64,000 nucleotides of DNA from Chrysochromulina tobinii (taxonomy: Eukaryota), in contig JWZX01003412.1 in the NCBI GenBank assembly GCA_001275005.1, positions 1 through 64,000 of the forward strand, written 5' to 3'. The translations under genes were made by a program, and so were the position numbers. Below are positions 58,615 to 64,000 of the stretch, piece by piece. The first letter of the stretch is position 1. Each line of letters begins with the position of its first letter. The notes below the pieces were generated by a model. The model ran no database searches and had not been told where the DNA came from. It saw nothing but the letters and a program-made list of their open reading frames with translations.

Positions 58615-61482
58615 ATGAGGCTGGTGCGATCCGTCTCCCTCGTCAGCCTCATCGGCACAGCAGCCAGCACCAGCGTGCGCTCACTTGCGAGCCTGCCTCA
58701 GACGTCGGCTGTGGCCGCGTGGACTGGCAGCGTGCGAAGGGCTACGGCCGTTCACCGCGCGCAGCTGCAGCACGTGTGCATGCAGGCGACCGGCGCTCCC
58801 GCCGCCATGGCCGAGCAGCAGATCGCACCCGCCAAGGGCGGCTACGACCACACGACAATCGAGCCCAAGTGGCAAGACTACTGGGACGAGCACGACACCT
58901 TTGCTACACTGCGGCGCGAGGGCAAGGAGAAGAAGTATGTGCTCGACATGTTCCCGTACCCGTCGGGCGCGGGGCTGCACGTGGGCCACCCCGAGGGCTA
59001 CACGGCGTCGGACATCATGGCGCGCTACTGGCGCATGTGCGACTACGACGTGCTGCACCCGATGGGATGGGACGCCTTCGGTCTGCCTGCAGAGCAACAC
59101 GCTATCAACACGGGCACGAGACCCGAGGAGACGACGAAGGCGAACATAGCCAACTTCAAACGGCAGCTGCGCTCGCTCGGCTTCTCGTACGACTGGAAGC
59201 GCGAGCTCGCCACCACCGACATCGGTTATGTCAAGTGGACGCAGTGGATCTTTCTGCAGCTCTTCAAGAAAGACCTGGCGGTTCAAAGTGAGGTTCGTGT
59301 GAACTGGTGCGCCGAGTTGGGCACCGTCCTCGCTAACGAGGAGGTCATCGACGGCAAGTCGGAGCGCGGCGGCTTCCCGGTGATGCGCATGCCGCTCCGC
59401 CAGTGGGTTCTCCGCATCACTGAGTACGCCGAGCAGCTCGCTGCAGACTTGGCCACAGAGGGTATTGAGTGGCCAGAAGGCACCATGACGATGCAGAAGA
59501 CGTGGATCGGGCGCTCCGAGGGCGCCGAGATCACGTTCGAAGTGGAGGGCGCGAGCGCGAGCACGCCGCAGACGATCGATGTGTTCACCACGCGGCCCGA
59601 CACGCTGATGGGAGCGACGTACGCAGTCATCGCGCCCGAGCATCCGCTGGCCGCCGCGCAGCTTGCGGCGGCGGACAAGGGCGGTTCTGACGACGCGACG
59701 GCCGCGGCACTGCGGGCATACGTCAAGGCTGCCGCGGGCCGCTCCGATCTCGACCGCTCGACGGCCAAAGTCAAGAGTGGCGTATGGAGCGGGCTCCATG
59801 TCAAACACCCGCTCACAGGCAAAGCGCTCCCACTCTGGGTAGCCGACTACGTGCTTGCGGGCTACGGCACTGGCGCGGTGATGGCCGTGCCCGCGCACGA
59901 CGAGCGAGATTTCGAGTTTGCGAAGGCGTTCAACCTGCCCATCGTCCAGGTGGTGGCACCCTCTGTGGGCGCGCCGTCACTCGACTTCGGTGCCGAAGGG
60001 GCGGCCGCGTACACGGAGCTCGGCGTGTGTGTCAACTCGGGGGAGGGCTTGGACGGCCTCAGCACCCTCGACGCGAAGACGGCGATGATCGCAAAGCTGA
60101 CCACGCTCGGTAAGGGCAAGGGCAAGATCACGTACAAGCTGCGCGATTGGGTCTTCTCCCGCCAGCGCTACTGGGGCGAGCCCATCCCCATTTACTTTCC
60201 GGTGACGGTGCATGAGGCGGGAGGTGACCCTCGTAAGGGCGATCCGCACACGATCGATTACAACACGCCCATCCCCGTGCCGGAATCTGAGCTGCCCGTG
60301 GCGCTGCCGGATATTGAGGATTTCAAGCCGGGATCAGACCCGCAGGGTGTGCTTGCCAAGGCGGAAGTTGCCCACTGGCGCTACTTCCAGAAGGAGGGCA
60401 AGTGGTATGCGCGCGAGACGAACACGATGCCGCAGTGGGCTGGCTCGTGCTGGTACTACTTGCGCTTCGCTGACCCTGCGAACGGCGCTGCGGCGTGGTC
60501 GCCCGAGGCCGAGAAGGCGTGGCTACCGGTCGATCTGTACGTGGGCGGCGCCGAGCACGCTGTGCTGCACCTGCTGTATGCGCGCTTCTGGCACAAGGTG
60601 CTCACTGATGGCCAGCGATGGCCTCTGACTGGACTGCCTCAGATAGCCTCTGGTTGACGCTCGCTGACCTCGGATTGCGTCCCTCCTCAGGTACTTTTCG
60701 ACCTCGGGCTAGTAACGACCAAGGAGCCCTTCAAGAAGCTGGTGCACCAGGGCATGATCCTGGGTGAGGATGGCGAGAAGATGTCCAAGAGCCGCGGCAA
60801 CGTAGTCAACCCGGACGACATCGTCATGCAGTACGGCGGCGACGCCATGCGCCTGTACGAGATGTTCATGGGGCCGCTCGAGGCCGTGAAGCCGTGGCAG
60901 ACGGAGCAGATCTCGGGCGTCGTGCGCTTCCAGAACCGCGTGTACGCGCTCGCGGCCAAGCACGCGGCCGCGGCCGGTGAGGAGACGATCTTGCCCGGGA
61001 CGATGACTGAGGAGACGGCGCGCCTAATGCATCAGACGGTGCGCAAGGTGACTCTCGACATCGAGGCGATGTCGTTCAACACGGCCATCTCGCAAATGAT
61101 GGTCTTTTCGAATCACCTTCAGTCGCTTAGCACGCCTCCGCCCACCGAAGCGCTCACGAAGCTCACGTTGCTCCTTGCGCCCTTCTCGCCGCACCTTTCC
61201 GAGGAGATCTGGCAAACGCTGCTTGGCCACCCGGAGTCGGTCTCGTTTGCCACGTGGCCCACGTACGACGAGAAGATGTGCGAGGTGACGACCGTGACGC
61301 TGGGCGTGCAGGTCAACGGCAAGGTGAGGTCGGAGATCACGCTCGAGAAGACGGCCGACGCAGACGAGGCCAAGGCCGCGGCGCTCGCTGACGAGAAGGT
61401 GCAGAAGGCCATCGGCGACAAGGAGGTCAAAAAGTTCGTGTACGTTCCTGGCCGCATCCTGAACTTTGTCCTCGGGAAGTGA
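58615..61482 (+). CDS. leuS: Leucyl-tRNA synthetase, bacterial/organellar type, 2 exons
   Basis: [36 protein letters not shown] and KMSKS. Intron 60598-60690 (93 nt) gives FWHK-VLFDLG. N-terminal targeting-like extension. Confidence 0.97.
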
Positions 61483-62363
61483 TGAGAGAGTGAACGCAGG
61501 ATTAGCGCGAGAGCGGGCGGGTGAACTCGAATTTGGTGCTGTGGTGTACCTGCGCGCGCCCTGGGTTTGCAGCAACTCAAATCGAATTCTGACGCGACGT
61601 GAGGGCGCCTGCTTAGATAACGCCAAAAAGACGAGAAGCTCGAATTCCGGATGGCGCGGATCGAGATCGCGGTGGTCCGGGTTCGGCGGAACGCTAAGCC
61701 TAAGGTTGAACGAAGTACGAACGACTTGGCGATGGTCTTCCGGTAAGATCTTCGCATCTTCGTTTACTGTAACCGGGTTCACGTCACGTCGTCGGACGTC
61801 GCGATCGTATCGGGTATCGCTTCTCTCCACTGTCTCTCGTCTCAACACTCAAGAGTCGTCAGTCGACGCGAGTCTCGAGAGAGCGGTGTTGAGGTGAATT
61901 TTATTTAAGCGTTATAACTATTTAAATAACTATTCGAGAGAAGAGAACCATGCAGAGTAATAAAATTCATCAAATTTTGAACCATCCCTAGTTCCCGCTC
62001 CCATTGCAGTGGCCAGTGCACGTCCGAAGCAAGCAAGCAAGCTTGTCGAAACCTCCAGTGTTCATAATTTCTCACCCACACCCTGTGTGAGAACCACAGG
62101 GTATTTCTGTCCACATGCTGTGAATGTCTGCGCCCTCCACGTAGTGTCTCGACGTAGTGTCTGCACGGGGTCGGTGGTCGTACGTGTTTAACGTGTAGCC
62201 GGGAGGCCACAAATTAACGTGAACTTAAGTGAACGACCGGGAGCAGCGGGGGCCGTACTGAGCGACAGCGGTGTAGTGAGCGTGTGAAGGGACCGCGCTG
62301 AGTCCAAAAGTGTGAAGAACACAGCAGAACAATTCACACGCGCGAGCCGAAGACTGCCTTCCA

Positions 62364-62818
62364 ATGGTGCGCATGTCCCGACACCACCGTGCCGCCGGTC
62401 GGTCCTGTGCTGACAGCGCTTCGCCATCCGCAGTCGGCACTCTTCAACTTTAAGTCTTTCCTCATCGTGATTCTCCTCTTCATATGCGCCTCAACCTACT
62501 TACGGCAGCAACGACCTTCAATGTTTGTAGAGAAGAAGCCTGGGTGCGCGCCGTCATGGCACCTCTCGCTCGCTGTCCAGCTATCGAAACAACTCCTTAC
62601 CCTGTGTGCACTGCCACTGTTCCGCAGATTATTCGGTCTCGTGTACAAAGCTTCTGTGATCGGTGCGCTGCTGAACTGTCCTCGCTCCTTGTCCTCTCCC
62701 ATCTTTTTCTGTGCGTTCTCATGCCGCGCCTTTCGTGCGCACGCCCTCAGGCACGAGGTTGAGTCCATACGTTTCGCTCAGCTGCATACTCATGGGTGTA
62801 TGGAACTTGTTCTTCTGA
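62364..62818 (+). CDS. TMEM167: Kish/TMEM167 small secretory-pathway protein, 4 exons
   Basis: Exons 62364-62366, 62434-62543, 62628-62662 and 62751-62818 splice to MSALFNFKSFLIVILLFICASTYLRQQRPSMFVEKKPGLFGLVYKASVIGTRLSPYVSLSCILMGVWNLFF*. All three donors are GTGCGC. Confidence 0.92.
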
Positions 62819-63184
62819 GTTCACTGTGTGCGTTTTTGGTGGACACAACCTGCCGTACTCGAGACGGCCAGACGGGACATGTATACAACGCTACGAGTAA
62901 GAGTCGTTAGCTACGTGGTTAGAGTAGCTGCTTGAAGAGTGATAAATCGTGTCTTCAAAACAATTATACACTACATGAGACTCACTGGACACGGCCCTAA
63001 CGGCCCACGCGCACGGCATCGGCAAGCCGATGGCCCACAAAAGCCCACACCAATTGGCCCACACTGCACACTTACCGTACACCGTTTACACGCCACACGG
63101 CCCGCGCGCGCGGCGACCAGGACCACGGCATTCAATACTGTCGCAGTCTGCAGACCGTGCCGTTCCGAAATCGATGCTCTCGCC

Positions 63185-64000
63185 ATGGCGCGATTTTGCA
63201 CTTTTTACCTCATCTTTCTTCCTTTTGCGATGTCATCTGTGACGTATGCCTACTTTGCCCTTGCCGTCTTCATCTGTGTCTTTGTTTTCACCTTTCTATA
63301 TTCCGCGTACCCCTATCTGACGCGCATTCAATCCTGGTCAGTGTTTGCTGGCGCCTTCCTTGTGCGGCCTTTGGGGGGCGTGCTTTTCGGCCATGTGGGC
63401 GACGTTCATGGTCGCGAGAAGGCGCTACTTTTCACGATCCTGGTCATGGCAACGCCCACGCTTGGGATCGGCCTCCTGCCTGGATACGATTCGATTGGCA
63501 TCGCCGCGCCGGTGGTGCTCATCATCCTGCGCCTGCTGCAAGGACTTGCCGCGGGTGGCGAGCTACCGGGCGCGCTCATCTTCGCTGTTGAGTCGGCTCC
63601 AGCAAAACAGCGCGGCCTCTTCGGCTCGCTCGTGCAGGCGAGCAGCGCCGGCTCGCTGCTCTCGAGTGCAGTTGCGGCGACGCTCTACTACACCCTCGGC
63701 GCCGAGGCAGTGGACTCGTGGGCTTGGCGTGTACCGTTTGTTCTGGGCGCGGGTATTGCAATCTACGTGTTCTGCCTGCGGCGCAGCTTCATGCCGACGC
63801 CGATATGGCTCGAGGCGCAGCCGCCCCCGCCCCCACCTGAGATCGAGCTCGACGCTCAATCCGACGCCCCAAGCGCACCGAAAGTCACAAGCATCGATGC
63901 CTGGCGCCATCGCCATCGCCATCGCCATCGGCGCCCGAGGGAGCAGTCTTGCTGCCGCGAGTCGCCGCTGCTTCGGGCGATACGTCTTGAGGGATGCGCG
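63185..64000 (+). CDS. MFS transporter, ProP/MHS-like (runs off the window end)
   Basis: Not in the ORF track. The frame from ATG 63185 reads ...AFLVRPLGGVLFGHVGDVHGR...GLLPGYDSIGIAAP...LRLLQGLAAGGELPGA. The 5' structure is uncertain. Confidence 0.85.
   Translation, partial: MARFCTFYLIFLPFAMSSVTYAYFALAVFICVFVFTFLYSAYPYLTRIQSWSVFAGAFLVRPLGGVLFGHVGDVHGREKALLFTILVMATPTLGIGLLPGYDSIGIAAPVVLIILRLLQGLAAGGELPGALIFAVESAPAKQRGLFGSLVQASSAGSLLSSAVAATLYYTLGAEAVDSWAWRVPFVLGAGIAIYVFCLRRSFMPTPIWLEAQPPPPPPEIELDAQSDAPSAPKVTSIDAWRHRHRHRHRRPREQSCCRESPLLRAIRLEGCA

Noticed and set aside
58615..61482. Recent bacterial transfer or contamination of leuS
   Set aside because: It has a spliceosomal intron, host-like codon usage and an N-terminal targeting-like extension, as expected for an ordinary organellar synthetase.

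Overview
GC-rich, gene-dense eukaryotic nuclear DNA, most likely a haptophyte alga. That is an inference from short GT-AG introns with GTGCGC/GTGAG donors, interstitial TTAGGG tracts, a CxDGGPG...GTDCxDC module, an AP2-like repeat and an organellar-type LeuRS. About 23 protein-coding genes can be supported: an FG-GAP/Cys-rich multi-TM surface protein, an EF-hand protein, a Josephin deubiquitinase, an ankyrin-PDZ protein, an annexin, an MBD/AP2-like protein, a filamin-repeat protein, an ABM monooxygenase, a Frizzled-CRD/NPC1-Patched fusion, Rpp21, a propeller-PhyH fusion, Sec14-GOLD, EMC2, seipin, an AGYxxxE repeat protein, a desaturase, an ankyrin protein, LeuRS, Kish, an MFS transporter and several unknowns. 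Four observations stand out. (1) An NPC1-topology RND protein appears to use a Frizzled/Smoothened-type CRD as its N-terminal domain. (2) Tiny insertions with inverted microsatellite ends (CAGTT/AACTG, AAGC/GCTT) are flanked by target-site duplications; TTAGGG/CCCTAA pairs share the end geometry but show no duplication. (3) An intron and an in-frame insert contain copies of their own flanking exon sequence. (4) A 147-bp FG-GAP array varies mostly in two patches. Several genes carry single-base frameshifts or in-frame stops that may be assembly errors. No rRNA, tRNA, CRISPR array or transposase was recognised. All domain calls come from motif recognition by eye; no searches were run.
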